This document shows, piece by piece, positions 10,140 to 19,452 of a stretch of 57,744 nucleotides of DNA. The stretch comes from an uncultured Paracoccus sp. GTDB taxonomy: Bacteria > Pseudomonadota > Alphaproteobacteria > Rhodobacterales > Rhodobacteraceae. The stretch covers positions 1 through 57,744 of the forward strand of contig NZ_CAMIOH010000001.1 of assembly GCF_946221145.1 (NCBI RefSeq). The letters run 5' to 3'. The translations under genes were made by a program, and so were the position numbers. How positions within the stretch are numbered: the stretch's first letter is position 1; the number at the start of each line of letters is the position of its first letter. Under the pieces are notes generated by a model, which saw only the letters and a list, made by a program, of their open reading frames with translations, did no database searches and was not told the origin of the DNA.

Positions 10140-11215
10140 GCGGGAGCGCCAGGGCTTCTGGGGTCTTCGGGAAAGACATGGATCTGCGCGCCGTTCAGTT
10201 GCAGGCTGACCTTGTCGCCGATCTGCATCGGAATGCGCACATGCGAATGCATCCGCAGCGGCCGGGCCAGCGGATGGACCATGATGTCGATCTGTTCGCT
10301 TTCCCCGGTAAAGGTCTTTTGCATCACGCGGGCGGAAATCCCCTGACCGTCAGGGCCGATGGACAGCGCCTGCGGGCGGATGCAGGCCAGCGCAAGCGCG
10401 CCGTCGGGCAGGTCCAGATCGGCGGGAAAGGTGCCGATGGGCGTTTCGATCCGGCCTGCGGACCAGATGCCGGGCAGGCGGTTGCACGGACCCATGAATT
10501 CGGCGGCATAGGCCGATTGCGGCTGGTCATAGATCTGGAACGGGGTGCCCATCTGTTCGATCCGGCCTGCGCGCATCAGCACGATCAGATCGCCCAGGGC
10601 CAGCGCTTCTTGCGGATCATGGGTCACGATGATGGCGGTGGTGCCGGTGCGGCGCAGGATGTCCACCGTCTCGCGGCGCACCTGTTCGCGCAGGCCCTGA
10701 TCCAAATTGGAAAACGGCTCATCCATCAGCAGGATCGCGGGTTCGGGGGCAAGCGCGCGGGCCAGCGCCACGCGCTGCTGCTCGCCTCCCGACAGTGAAT
10801 GCGAATACCGCTCCAGCAGATGCGTGATGCCGATGCGGTCCGCCACCTCGGCGACCCGATCACGCCGCGCCCTGCGGGTCAGGTGACGCAGCCCGAAGCC
10901 CAGATTGTCCGCCACGCTGAGATGGGGAAACAGCGCATAGTCCTGAAACATGAAGCCGATCTTGCGGTCCTCGGGTTCGACGAAGCGGCCGGGGCCTGCG
11001 ACCTCGGCCCCGCCCACCCGGATGCGTCCGCCGGGATCGGGGCGGTCCACGCCGGAAATGATCCGCAACAGCGTCGATTTGCCGCAACCGGACTGGCCCA
11101 GCAGACAGGTGATCCGCCCCGGCGGGATCGACAGCGAGACACCGGACAGCACCGCCCGACCATCGAAATGGCGCGATACCTGTTCCAGGTCCAGCGACGA
11201 CGGGGTGACGAGCAT
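10115..11215 (-). CDS. fbpC: Fe3+ ABC transporter ATP-binding protein (FbpC)
   Basis: GQSGCGKS, FQDYALFPHL, LSGGEQQR, LLMDEPF; RBS GAAAGG before ATG 11215. Confidence 0.92.
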   Translation of the reverse strand: MLVTPSSLDLEQVSRHFDGRAVLSGVSLSIPPGRITCLLGQSGCGKSTLLRIISGVDRPDPGGRIRVGGAEVAGPGRFVEPEDRKIGFMFQDYALFPHLSVADNLGFGLRHLTRRARRDRVAEVADRIGITHLLERYSHSLSGGEQQRVALARALAPEPAILLMDEPFSNLDQGLREQVRRETVDILRRTGTTAIIVTHDPQEALALGDLIVLMRAGRIEQMGTPFQIYDQPQSAYAAEFMGPCNRLPGIWSAGRIETPIGTFPADLDLPDGALALACIRPQALSIGPDGQGISARVMQKTFTGESEQIDIMVHPLARPLRMHSHVRIPMQIGDKVSLQLNGAQIHVFPEDPRSPGAPAKLTKTLD

Positions 11216-12039
11216 GGATTGCCTTTCAGTTCCGCTGTAGCAGCGGCAAGAGTGCCTGCAGTGCGGATGACTGTCGCCCGAGGCTTGTTTCCGGTCAACG
11301 CCGCCTTCTAAGGAACGGCGTGGCCGGGACAAGCTGTCGTTTCTGAAATTCAAGCGATGGAGAAGCGCTTTTCCCGTGATATGGCGCACGACCCTTCGGC
11401 CAAACGCGAAACCATGACCATCGTTACTTGGGTGACAGTCACGACCGAAACGAACGCCGGACTTGGCAGGTCATCCATCACCGCGGCGATGATGCTAGCC
11501 GAGATCATCGCCGGCAATATCTGCGGGTCATGGCGCTGATCGTTGACGGGTGAGGATCTGCCGGTCACGATTCGCAACGTGATCCAGACCCGGACCGACC
11601 AAGGTTTTCTCGGTGCAATCGCCTCGATCCGGGCCAAACCCCCGCTGGCGCTCGCACGTGTCGCGCGAGCTCTCTCATATCCATGACCTCTCGCACCTGA
11701 CGATCAGGTCGAGAGGGCGGCGTGACAGGCAGGAACGGGCCAGAACCGAGTTCCGGCCCGCCGAGGCACTTGAACGCCCAGGGCCTTGCCCGGGCTTTTC
11801 CCGATACCCGGTCGCTTGGAGCGTGATCTGCTGCGAACCCTCAGCGCGCGCATTGTCAGGTCTGAGTGCAGTTGCTTTGGTTGTCAGTCCCGATCCAATC
11901 TCCGATCGGCCCCGCGCCCGGCATAGGCAGGCATTGGATCGTCGATCCGGACATCGTATCCGCCAGCCATGGCCCGCCTGTGCGGTCGTTGCCGATGAGG
12001 TTTCGGGAAGCGGACCCACTGCCGGGCACGCTCCCCGGT

Positions 12040-13146
12040 TCATCCGGCCTCTTGCGGCTGACGACGGTCCGCCGGTGCGTGCCGCAGCAGCGGCAGCAGG
12101 GTCCGGCCCTGCTTGATGATCTCTGGCAGATAGGGCGTGTCGGACAGGATGAACTTGCTGATCCCCAAGTCGGCATATTTGCGCAACGAGGCCGCGACCT
12201 CATCGGCGGTGCCAACCAGCCATGTCGTTGCCGCCCCGCCTGCGCCGAACTTGCCGGGGGTGGTGTACAGGTTTTCGTCCAGAACCTCGCCTTGATGTTG
12301 CAGGTCCAGAAGGCGCTGCTGCCCCTCGGCCACCACGCGGCGGTGGTCGTGCCAGCCCGCGCCCGCGATCTGCGCCATTTGCGCCACCTTGGCCTCGGCA
12401 TCGCGCCAGGCCTGTTCGCGGCTGTCGCGGATGACGGTGGTGATACGCAGGCCGAATTGCAGCGGTGGCAGATCGCGGTCCATGTCGCGCGACAGTGTCT
12501 TCAGCCGTGCGATGCGTTCGGCAATGCCGTCGCGCGGCTCTCCCCAGAACAGCTGCACATCGGCCTCGGTCGCGGCGACGCGCTCGGCGGCGGGCGAGGC
12601 GCCACCGAAATAGAACGGCGGATGCAGACGATCCCCGCGCGGCGTGATGCGGGGTTCGGCCGTGGAGTTCGCGATGCGGTAGTGGTCGCCCCGATGTGTC
12701 ACGCTGCGTTCCGTCCATAAACGGCGGACAAGCCGCATGAATTCCCGCGTGCGGCCATAGCGGTGGGTCTGATCGCCCTCGCTGTCGCCATAGGCTTCGA
12801 AGTCGTCCTTGCCGGACACGATGTTGATGCGCACCCGTCCGCCCGACAACTGGTCCAACGTCGCGGCCGAGGATGCGAAATGCCCCGGCTGCCAATATCC
12901 GGGTCGCACTGCGATCAGCGGGTTGAACCGCGTGGTCCGCGCGGTCAATGCGGTCGCGACCGTAAACGTATCGGGGCGCCCCCAGCCGGTGCCGATCAGC
13001 GCGCCCGCCCAGCCGTTATCCTCGACCGCCCGGGCTTGCGCCGTCAGTGTGTCCAGGCTGTTGTGATCTGCCTCGGCCACGTCGCCGCGATGGCCTGCAA
13101 CGGCTTGGTTGGGGATATACCAAAGAAATTCAAGGTTCTGTGACAT
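12040..13146 (-). CDS. LLM-class FMNH2-dependent monooxygenase (SsuD/MsuD-like)
   Basis: LIAVRPG, AATLDQLSGGRVRINIVSG, FYFGGASPAA, WLVGTADEVA. Confidence 0.9.
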   Translation of the reverse strand: MSQNLEFLWYIPNQAVAGHRGDVAEADHNSLDTLTAQARAVEDNGWAGALIGTGWGRPDTFTVATALTARTTRFNPLIAVRPGYWQPGHFASSAATLDQLSGGRVRINIVSGKDDFEAYGDSEGDQTHRYGRTREFMRLVRRLWTERSVTHRGDHYRIANSTAEPRITPRGDRLHPPFYFGGASPAAERVAATEADVQLFWGEPRDGIAERIARLKTLSRDMDRDLPPLQFGLRITTVIRDSREQAWRDAEAKVAQMAQIAGAGWHDHRRVVAEGQQRLLDLQHQGEVLDENLYTTPGKFGAGGAATTWLVGTADEVAASLRKYADLGISKFILSDTPYLPEIIKQGRTLLPLLRHAPADRRQPQEAG

Positions 13147-13166
13147 GATTTGCTCTTTCTGGGGGA

Positions 13167-14036
13167 TCAGCGTTGCTGGCCCCAGCGATGGATGGTCGCG
13201 CGTTCCAAGGTTGCGAAGACAACGTTCTCGACCAGCAGGCCGATGATGATGACCATGGCCAGCCCGGCGAAGACCTGATCGGTATAAAGCTCGTTCCGGG
13301 ACTGGAAGATATACCAGCCCAGGCCCCCGCGTCCGGACGAGGCGCCGAAGACCAGTTCGGCTGCGATCAGCGTGCGCCAGGCGAAGGCCCAGCCGATCCG
13401 CAGCCCCGACACGATGGATGGCAGCGCCGCCGGGATCAGGATCTGTGCGACGAAGCGCCAGCCGGTCAGGCCATAGTTGCGCCCTGCCATGCGCAGGGTT
13501 TCAGGCACGCCCTGAAAGCCGGAAAAGATGTTCAGCGCCAGCGGCCACAGCACGGAATGGATCAGCACGAAGATCAGGCTGGCTTGTCCCAGCCCGAACC
13601 ACAGCAGCGCCAGCGGCAGCAGCGCGATGGCAGGCAGGGGATTGAACATCGCCGTCAGCGTGGACAGCAGGTCGCGCCCGAACCGGGTCGAGATCGCCAG
13701 AGTGGTCAGCAAGAAGGCCAGCACGATCCCAGCGAGATAGCCTTTCAGCAGCACGCCGATGGAAATCGCCGCCCGGTCCAGCAGCACCCCGTCGCGGATA
13801 CCGTCCACAAAGACGCGGGCGGTCGCGGTAAAGGTCGGCAGCAGCAGCGGATTGCCCTGCCAGCGGGCCGCAATTTCCCAGATCAGCGCGATGGCGGCGA
13901 TGATGACCAGACGGCGCAGCCAGTCCTGTTCCCACAGCCGGGCGCCCAGCGGGATGGCGCGTTCGATCGGTGCCTCGACAAAGGGCGGCAGGTCGCGTTC
14001 GTACTCGGGCCGGATCGGCGGAGTCAGTGCGGTCAT
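13167..14036 (-). CDS. NitT/TauT-family ABC permease
   Basis: FNPLPAIALLPL, LRIGWAFAWRTLIAAELV, GGLGWYI. Confidence 0.92.
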   Translation of the reverse strand: MTALTPPIRPEYERDLPPFVEAPIERAIPLGARLWEQDWLRRLVIIAAIALIWEIAARWQGNPLLLPTFTATARVFVDGIRDGVLLDRAAISIGVLLKGYLAGIVLAFLLTTLAISTRFGRDLLSTLTAMFNPLPAIALLPLALLWFGLGQASLIFVLIHSVLWPLALNIFSGFQGVPETLRMAGRNYGLTGWRFVAQILIPAALPSIVSGLRIGWAFAWRTLIAAELVFGASSGRGGLGWYIFQSRNELYTDQVFAGLAMVIIIGLLVENVVFATLERATIHRWGQQR

Positions 14037-14848
14037 GCGGCCTCCACCGGGTCGGCGAACAGCATGTCGTGGATGCGGTTCGCGGCGGTCTGGAAATCCG
14101 TACCGCCGAGGCTGTGCAGATCCCAGTCATGGCAGTTGATTTCCGCCCGCACCCGCCCCGGACGCGGCGACAGCAGCGCCACGCGGTTGCCGACGACCAG
14201 GGCTTCCTCAATGGAATGGGTCACGAAGATCAGCGTGAACCGCACCTCGTCCCACAGGCGCAGAAGCTCTTCCTGCATCTTGCGGCGGGTCAGGGCATCC
14301 AAGGCTGCGAAGGGTTCGTCCATCAGCAGAACACGCGGGCGCGAGGCGAGCGCGCGGGCGATTGCGACACGCTGTTTCATGCCGCCTGACAGTTGATGCG
14401 GGTGGCTGTCCTGAAAGCCCTCCAGACCGACCTTGGCAATGGCGTCCAGCGCACGCTCCCGCGCCTCGGCGCGGGGCACGCGGGTGGCCAGCAGCGGGAA
14501 CATCACATTGCCCAGCACCGTCTTCCAAGGCGGCAACTGGTCGAATTCCTGAAACACCACGATCCGGTCGGCGCCCGGTCCGGTGACCGCCCGGCCGTCC
14601 AGCGTGATGCGTCCCTCGGTCGGGCGGATGAATCCGGCGATGGATTTCAGCAATGTGGACTTGCCGCAGCCCGACGGGCCCAGCAGCACGAAACGGTCGG
14701 CCTGATGCACGTCCAGATCAATGCGATGCGTGGCGCGAACCACCCGGTCGCGGGCCGCATATTCCAATGTTACCCCCTTGACCTGCAGCAACGGAGAGGG
14801 AGTGGCGGCAGTTGCCGTATGGAGATCATGCTTCGACATCAGCATCAT
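14033..14848 (-). CDS. NitT/TauT-family ABC ATP-binding protein
   Basis: GPSGCGKS, LSGGMKQR, LLMDEPFAALDALTR. Confidence 0.93.
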   Translation of the reverse strand: MMLMSKHDLHTATAATPSPLLQVKGVTLEYAARDRVVRATHRIDLDVHQADRFVLLGPSGCGKSTLLKSIAGFIRPTEGRITLDGRAVTGPGADRIVVFQEFDQLPPWKTVLGNVMFPLLATRVPRAEARERALDAIAKVGLEGFQDSHPHQLSGGMKQRVAIARALASRPRVLLMDEPFAALDALTRRKMQEELLRLWDEVRFTLIFVTHSIEEALVVGNRVALLSPRPGRVRAEINCHDWDLHSLGGTDFQTAANRIHDMLFADPVEAA

Positions 14849-14857
14849 CTGGTCCCC

Positions 14858-15874
14858 TCAGCTTCCCGTGCCGATGCGCGGATCGCCGAAGACATAATCC
14901 GACACCGCAGTGGGTTCGGTTCGGATCGCGCCGACGCGGTGCAGGAACTGACCCAGCCCCAGCGTGTTTTCGGGCTGGATCTTGAACGCCACTTCGTCGC
15001 TGGTGATCACGTCCAGCAGCAGCGCGCGGTCGGTTTTCGCCCCCGTCACCTTCAGATAGATGTCGGCGGCCTGTTCGGGATTTGCGGTCACGAATTCCGC
15101 CGCGTCCTCAAGGGCGCCCAGCAGCGCCTGATAGGTCTTGGGGCTCTCCTGATAAAATTCTTCGGTCGCATAGAGCAGCGTGGACGACGCCGGACCGCCC
15201 AGAACGTCATAGGAGTTCAGGATCACATGCGCGTCGGGGTTCTGGGCCAGCTCCTGTTCCTGAAAGGGCGGGTTGGCCAGATGGCCGGTGATCTCGGTTC
15301 CGCCGGAAATGATCGCCGCCGCCGCCTCGGGATGGGGCAGCGCCACGGTGATTTCGTCCAGCCGGTCGAACTGGTCATCGCCCCACAGCCTGGCCGAGGC
15401 CATCTGCAGGATCCGCGCCTGCACCGAGACGCCGACCGCGGGCAGCGCGATCCGGTCCTGATCGGTCAGGTCGGCGATGGTCCTGACCCCGGGCCGGTTC
15501 GAGACGAGGTAATTCGGGAAATTCCCCAGCGAGGCGATGGCCTTGACGTTCTGCCCGCCCCTGGTGCGGTCCCAGATCGTGAACATCGGCCCGACACCCG
15601 CGCCCGCCACGTCGATGCTGCCCGACAACAGCGCGTCATTGACCGCCGATCCGCCGGACAGTTGCAAAAACTCGACATCAATGTCGATCCCGGCATCTTT
15701 ACCGTGCTTTTCGATCAGTTGCTGGTCCTTGGCGACATTCAGCAACAGATAGACAACGCCGAACTGTTCGGCGATGCGCAGCTTGCCCTCTTCGGCATGG
15801 GCTGCCGCGCTGGTCAGAGCAGCGATGCTGGCGCCGGTCAGAAGGGTGACGAAGGGACGTAGATACCAGGTCAT
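14858..15874 (-). CDS. ABC substrate-binding protein (SsuA/AtsR-like; sulfonate or sulfate ester)
   Basis: Signal peptide ending AAHA, LRIAEQFG, SGGSAVNDALLSG; RBS GGAG before ATG 15874. Confidence 0.88.
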   Translation of the reverse strand: MTWYLRPFVTLLTGASIAALTSAAAHAEEGKLRIAEQFGVVYLLLNVAKDQQLIEKHGKDAGIDIDVEFLQLSGGSAVNDALLSGSIDVAGAGVGPMFTIWDRTRGGQNVKAIASLGNFPNYLVSNRPGVRTIADLTDQDRIALPAVGVSVQARILQMASARLWGDDQFDRLDEITVALPHPEAAAAIISGGTEITGHLANPPFQEQELAQNPDAHVILNSYDVLGGPASSTLLYATEEFYQESPKTYQALLGALEDAAEFVTANPEQAADIYLKVTGAKTDRALLLDVITSDEVAFKIQPENTLGLGQFLHRVGAIRTEPTAVSDYVFGDPRIGTGS

Positions 15875-15888
15875 CGGGCGGCTCCAAT

Positions 15889-15910
15889 AAATCTCTATCA
15901 ATATAGTCGT
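15889..15910. promoter_or_regulatory. Putative sulfur-regulon operator, copy 1
   Basis: AAATCTCTATCAATATAGTCGT, 18/22 identical to 28411-28432 and at nearly the same distance from the start codon. Confidence 0.6.
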
Positions 15911-16041
15911 CTAAAAAATCGGGCCAGGGCAAGGGGCTGCCTGATGCTGTGGCACAGTTTGGAACGGAGTGTTTGTGCGTCCGCGCGCAAACAGGACAGG
16001 GCTTCTCTGCGGCGCCCTGAAAAAAGAAATTCCGCCTGCGC

Positions 16042-16212
16042 TCAGCTTCCGTGTGGCTGATGGTTGGCGATGGCGGCAGCAAGCGTGTCGCATTTCGCGC
16101 AGCTGTCAGGGCAGAACAGCACCGGCAGGTCCAGATTGGCCCTCGTAAATCCGCCGCCCACCATCGGCATGGCCGGCGGAATGGGCATGGCGCGATGCGG
16201 CGCGATGGTCAT
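16042..16212 (-). CDS. Putative 56-aa Cys/Met-rich small protein with Cx3Cx2C
   Basis: RBS AAGAAGGA; ATG 27 nt after the LysR stop; MTIAPHRAMPIPPAMPMVGGGFTRANLDLPVLFCPDSCAKCDTLAAAIANHQPHGS. Confidence 0.45.
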   Translation of the reverse strand: MTIAPHRAMPIPPAMPMVGGGFTRANLDLPVLFCPDSCAKCDTLAAAIANHQPHGS

Positions 16213-16239
16213 GAGGTTCCTTCTTGGGTCTGCGGACGA

Positions 16240-17205
16240 TCAGGCCGCGTCCGACCAGGCCAGGGCGACGCCCGCCTGTTGGCGCAGCCAGGCCAGCAGG
16301 GCAGACACGGCCGGGTCGTGCAGCGCATGGTCGGGGGCCACGAAGTAATAGGCGGCCGAGATCGGCCAGGGATCGCCGAACGGGCTGACCAGCCGCCCAC
16401 TGGCCAGATCTGCCTCGGCCAGGCGCAGCTTGCCCAGGGCGACCCCCTTGCCCGCCGCCGCCGCCTCGAGCGCCAGAGAGGATTGCTGCAAGCGGATGCC
16501 GCTGCGCGCCGCCGGTCCCGGGTTTACGCCGTGGCCAGTCAGCCAGCGGTCCCAATCGGGGCAAGAGGCGTCGTTTTCCGGGCCGGTTTCATGCAGCAGC
16601 GCCACGTCCTGCGCCAGCGCTGCGGGACCGCGCGCGGCCAGGTCATGGGTTGCGGCCAGATCGGGGCTGCACACCGGCAGCACGGCTTCGGACATCAGGT
16701 GATGGACCTGCAACCCGGCATATTGGCCGCTGCCATAGCGGACGGCGCAGTCGGCCTCCCCCTCGCCAAAGGCGGTCAGGCCGACCGATGCCTCGATCGA
16801 CAGATCCAGCCCCGGCACCGCGTCGTGGAGCGCGTCCAGGCGCGGCATCAGCCATTTCATCGCGAAGGAGGGCGGAACCGAAATCCGCAGCGGCGCCTTG
16901 CGCCCCGCCAGCCCCGACAGGGCGCCCAGCATCAACTGGAACGCCTCGTCCAGGCCCGGCAGGATGGACCGGCCCAGCGGCGTCAGATCCAGCAGGCCCC
17001 GGTTGCGGACGAACAACGGCCCGCCCAGGTGATCCTCCAGCAGGCGGACTTGCTGGCCGATGGCAGCGGTCGAGACGTGCAATTCCTCTGCCGCCGCACC
17101 GAAACTGCGATGGCGCGCCGAGATCACAAAGGCCCGCAGCGCGTTGAGCGACGGCATCCGCGCCATGGTCATGCGCCGGGCAGGATCGGTATTCGATGTC
17201 GGCAT
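16240..17205 (-). CDS. LysR-family regulator (GcvA-like)
   Basis: MPSLNALRAF, SFGAAAEELHVS HTH, FAMKWLMPRL, ADLASGRLV. Confidence 0.94.
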   Translation of the reverse strand: MPTSNTDPARRMTMARMPSLNALRAFVISARHRSFGAAAEELHVSTAAIGQQVRLLEDHLGGPLFVRNRGLLDLTPLGRSILPGLDEAFQLMLGALSGLAGRKAPLRISVPPSFAMKWLMPRLDALHDAVPGLDLSIEASVGLTAFGEGEADCAVRYGSGQYAGLQVHHLMSEAVLPVCSPDLAATHDLAARGPAALAQDVALLHETGPENDASCPDWDRWLTGHGVNPGPAARSGIRLQQSSLALEAAAAGKGVALGKLRLAEADLASGRLVSPFGDPWPISAAYYFVAPDHALHDPAVSALLAWLRQQAGVALAWSDAA

Positions 17206-17554
17206 CCCTGGCCGTTTCCCCTGGATCGTTTCGCCTGAACCCTAGGCGCGGGCGGGGCCGATGCCGATTCCAAAGACGGCCCGCGAAAGGGAAACGGCCA
17301 TCTGCCGGGCCGTTCGTCCAAGGAAGATTACACTCGCAGCCCGTCGAAGATTCGGTCGCTGCAATGCCTGGTTCCGGGAAAGATTTTCTTCTGCACCGGC
17401 AAAGCCGCGCTAGCGGCAGACAGGTTCTTCTCTCCTCTGGCCATCAGGGGACCGGTTCGTCCTTTCGGCGGGCAGGATAAAACTACAGTAAAACTATCGA
17501 CATTAACCGGCCGTTGCCTAGCCTTGGGAGCAGAGAAACACGGAAGGTTCCCTC

Positions 17555-18604
17555 ATGCCCCGCATCACCCATCCCCTGCTTGCCCTGGCGGTCGGCCTTG
17601 CCGTCGCGTCCCCCATGGCCCATGCCGCCGATCCGATCCCGGATCAGATCCCGCCCGGAACCGTGCTGCGCATCGGCGATCCGGTGACGCAGAAGGCGCT
17701 GGAAATCTCGGGCCTGATCGACGAGCTGAGCTTCGAGGTCGAATGGGCCAATTTCAGCGGCGGCCCCCAGACCAGCGAGGCGTTCCGCGCCCGCGCCCTG
17801 GACGTGGGCAGCGTTGCCGAAATCCCGTCGATCCACGCCACCTGGACGAATCTGCCGGTCCGCAACATCGCCTATCGCGAACGCGAGGATCCGGTCGCCC
17901 ATCCGGTCTATCGCTTTGGCGTCACCCCCGCCCTGGGCACCCAGATCGACAGCCTCGAGGATTTCAAGGGCCGCCGCATCGCCTATAGCCCTGGCCAGGC
18001 GCAGGGCGCGCTGGTGCTGCGGGCGCTGGAGGCGGCCGGGCTGACCCGCGATGACGTGACGCTGGTCGAACTGCCCAGCACCGGCGATGTCTATCCCGTG
18101 GCGCTGGCCGCCGGTCAGGTCGATGTCGCGCCGCTGGGTGGCACCTATATCGCGCGCTATATCGACCAGTATGGCGACGATGGCGCGACGCTGGTCGATC
18201 ACGGCGTCCGCGACGACCCCAGCCATCTGTGGTCCCCGCAATGGGTGCTGGACGATCCGGCCAAGGCGGCGGCGCTGGCGGAATATGTCAGGCTGTGGGC
18301 GCGGGCGACCGAATGGGTCAATGACCATCCCGAGGAATTCATCCAAGGGTATTACGTCAAGGACCAGAACCTGTCCTATGAGGATGGCAAGGCCGCGGTC
18401 GAACAGATCGGCACCTATATCATCCCCGCGAACTGGGACGAGGTGATCGACCGCCACACCCACACCATCGCCCTGCTGGCCGAGGCGACCGGCAACGAAC
18501 CCTTCAACGCCGCCGACATCTTTGACCGCCGCTTTGAAAAGATCGCCGCCGAAGCGCTGTCCGACGGTTCCAGCGCCGCCAAGGCCGAGGAGCTGATCCA
18601 ATGA
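17555..18604 (+). CDS. ABC substrate-binding protein (SsuA-like)
   Basis: Signal peptide, EWANFSGGPQTSEAFRA, FKGRRIAYS. Confidence 0.88.
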   Translation: MPRITHPLLALAVGLAVASPMAHAADPIPDQIPPGTVLRIGDPVTQKALEISGLIDELSFEVEWANFSGGPQTSEAFRARALDVGSVAEIPSIHATWTNLPVRNIAYREREDPVAHPVYRFGVTPALGTQIDSLEDFKGRRIAYSPGQAQGALVLRALEAAGLTRDDVTLVELPSTGDVYPVALAAGQVDVAPLGGTYIARYIDQYGDDGATLVDHGVRDDPSHLWSPQWVLDDPAKAAALAEYVRLWARATEWVNDHPEEFIQGYYVKDQNLSYEDGKAAVEQIGTYIIPANWDEVIDRHTHTIALLAEATGNEPFNAADIFDRRFEKIAAEALSDGSSAAKAEELIQ

Positions 18605-19452
18605 CCCTGATCGCAACCGACGGTTTCAAGCCGCGCCCTTCGCCTAGCCTGCAACCCCGCCAACGCAGCAGCGCGCGGGTCCGCCTTGGACCCGGACCGG
18701 CGATCCCCTTCGGCACCCAGGTCGGCAGCCTGGGGCTGGTCGCGCTGTGGACGCTGGGATCGGCGCTGGGGCTGATCGACCCCCGGATCCTGTCCGCGCC
18801 TTGGACCGTGATCGAGGCCTTCGGCAAGCTGATCGCCGAAGGCCGCCTTCAGGACCATTTCGCGATCTCGGCCTGGCGGGCGATCACCGGGCTGGTGATC
18901 GGCGTGGCCATCGGCACGGTGCTGGCGGTGATCGCCGGGCTGTCGCGCTGGGGCGAGGCGATCATCGACGGCCCGGTCCAGATCAAGCGCGCGGTGCCGA
19001 CGCTGGCGCTGATCCCGCTGCTGATGCTGTGGTTCGGCATCGGCGAGGAGATGAAGATCATCACCATCGTCCTGGCGGTGATCGTGCCGATCTATATCCA
19101 CACCCACAACGCCCTGCGCGGCATCGACAACCGCTATGTCGAACTGTCGGAAACGCTGAACCTGTCGCGCTGGGACTTCATCCGCCAGGTGGTGCTGCCC
19201 GGCGCGCTGCCGGGCTTTCTGCTGGGCCTGCGCTTTGCCGTCACGCTGTGCTGGGTGTCGCTGGTCGTGGTCGAACAGGTGAACGCCACCAGCGGTCTTG
19301 GCTACATGATCAACCTGGCGCGCACCTATGGCCAGACCGAGATCATCATCGCCGGCATCGTCGTCTATGCGGTCCTGGGACTTGCCTCTGACGCCGCCGT
19401 CCGTCTTGTCGAAAGGAGGGCCCTGTCATGGCGCCGCACGCTGTCGCAATAG
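18601..19452 (+). CDS. SsuC-like ABC permease
   Basis: VPTLALIPLLMLWFGIGE, LVVVEQVNATSGLGYMI. Confidence 0.92.
   Translation: MTLIATDGFKPRPSPSLQPRQRSSARVRLGPGPAIPFGTQVGSLGLVALWTLGSALGLIDPRILSAPWTVIEAFGKLIAEGRLQDHFAISAWRAITGLVIGVAIGTVLAVIAGLSRWGEAIIDGPVQIKRAVPTLALIPLLMLWFGIGEEMKIITIVLAVIVPIYIHTHNALRGIDNRYVELSETLNLSRWDFIRQVVLPGALPGFLLGLRFAVTLCWVSLVVVEQVNATSGLGYMINLARTYGQTEIIIAGIVVYAVLGLASDAAVRLVERRALSWRRTLSQ

Noticed and set aside
11357..11539. 60-aa ORF with GLGRSS resembling a Walker A motif
   Set aside because: Lacks the catalytic Lys and a convincing RBS; similarity too weak
11877..11887. CTGACAACCAA shared (reverse strand) with 52091-52101
   Set aside because: A single 11-mer match is expected by chance in 58 kb and lacks the 11-bp tandem arrangement
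11216..12039. Possible cobalamin riboswitch upstream of the metal ABC transporter (also considered upstream of nrdJ)
   Set aside because: No B12-box or GGGAA...GCCCCCGCAACTGT-type core seen on either strand
15911..16041. Classical transcription attenuator after the 56-aa ORF
   Set aside because: The U-run precedes rather than follows the hairpin on the coding strand, so no canonical terminator/antiterminator could be drawn
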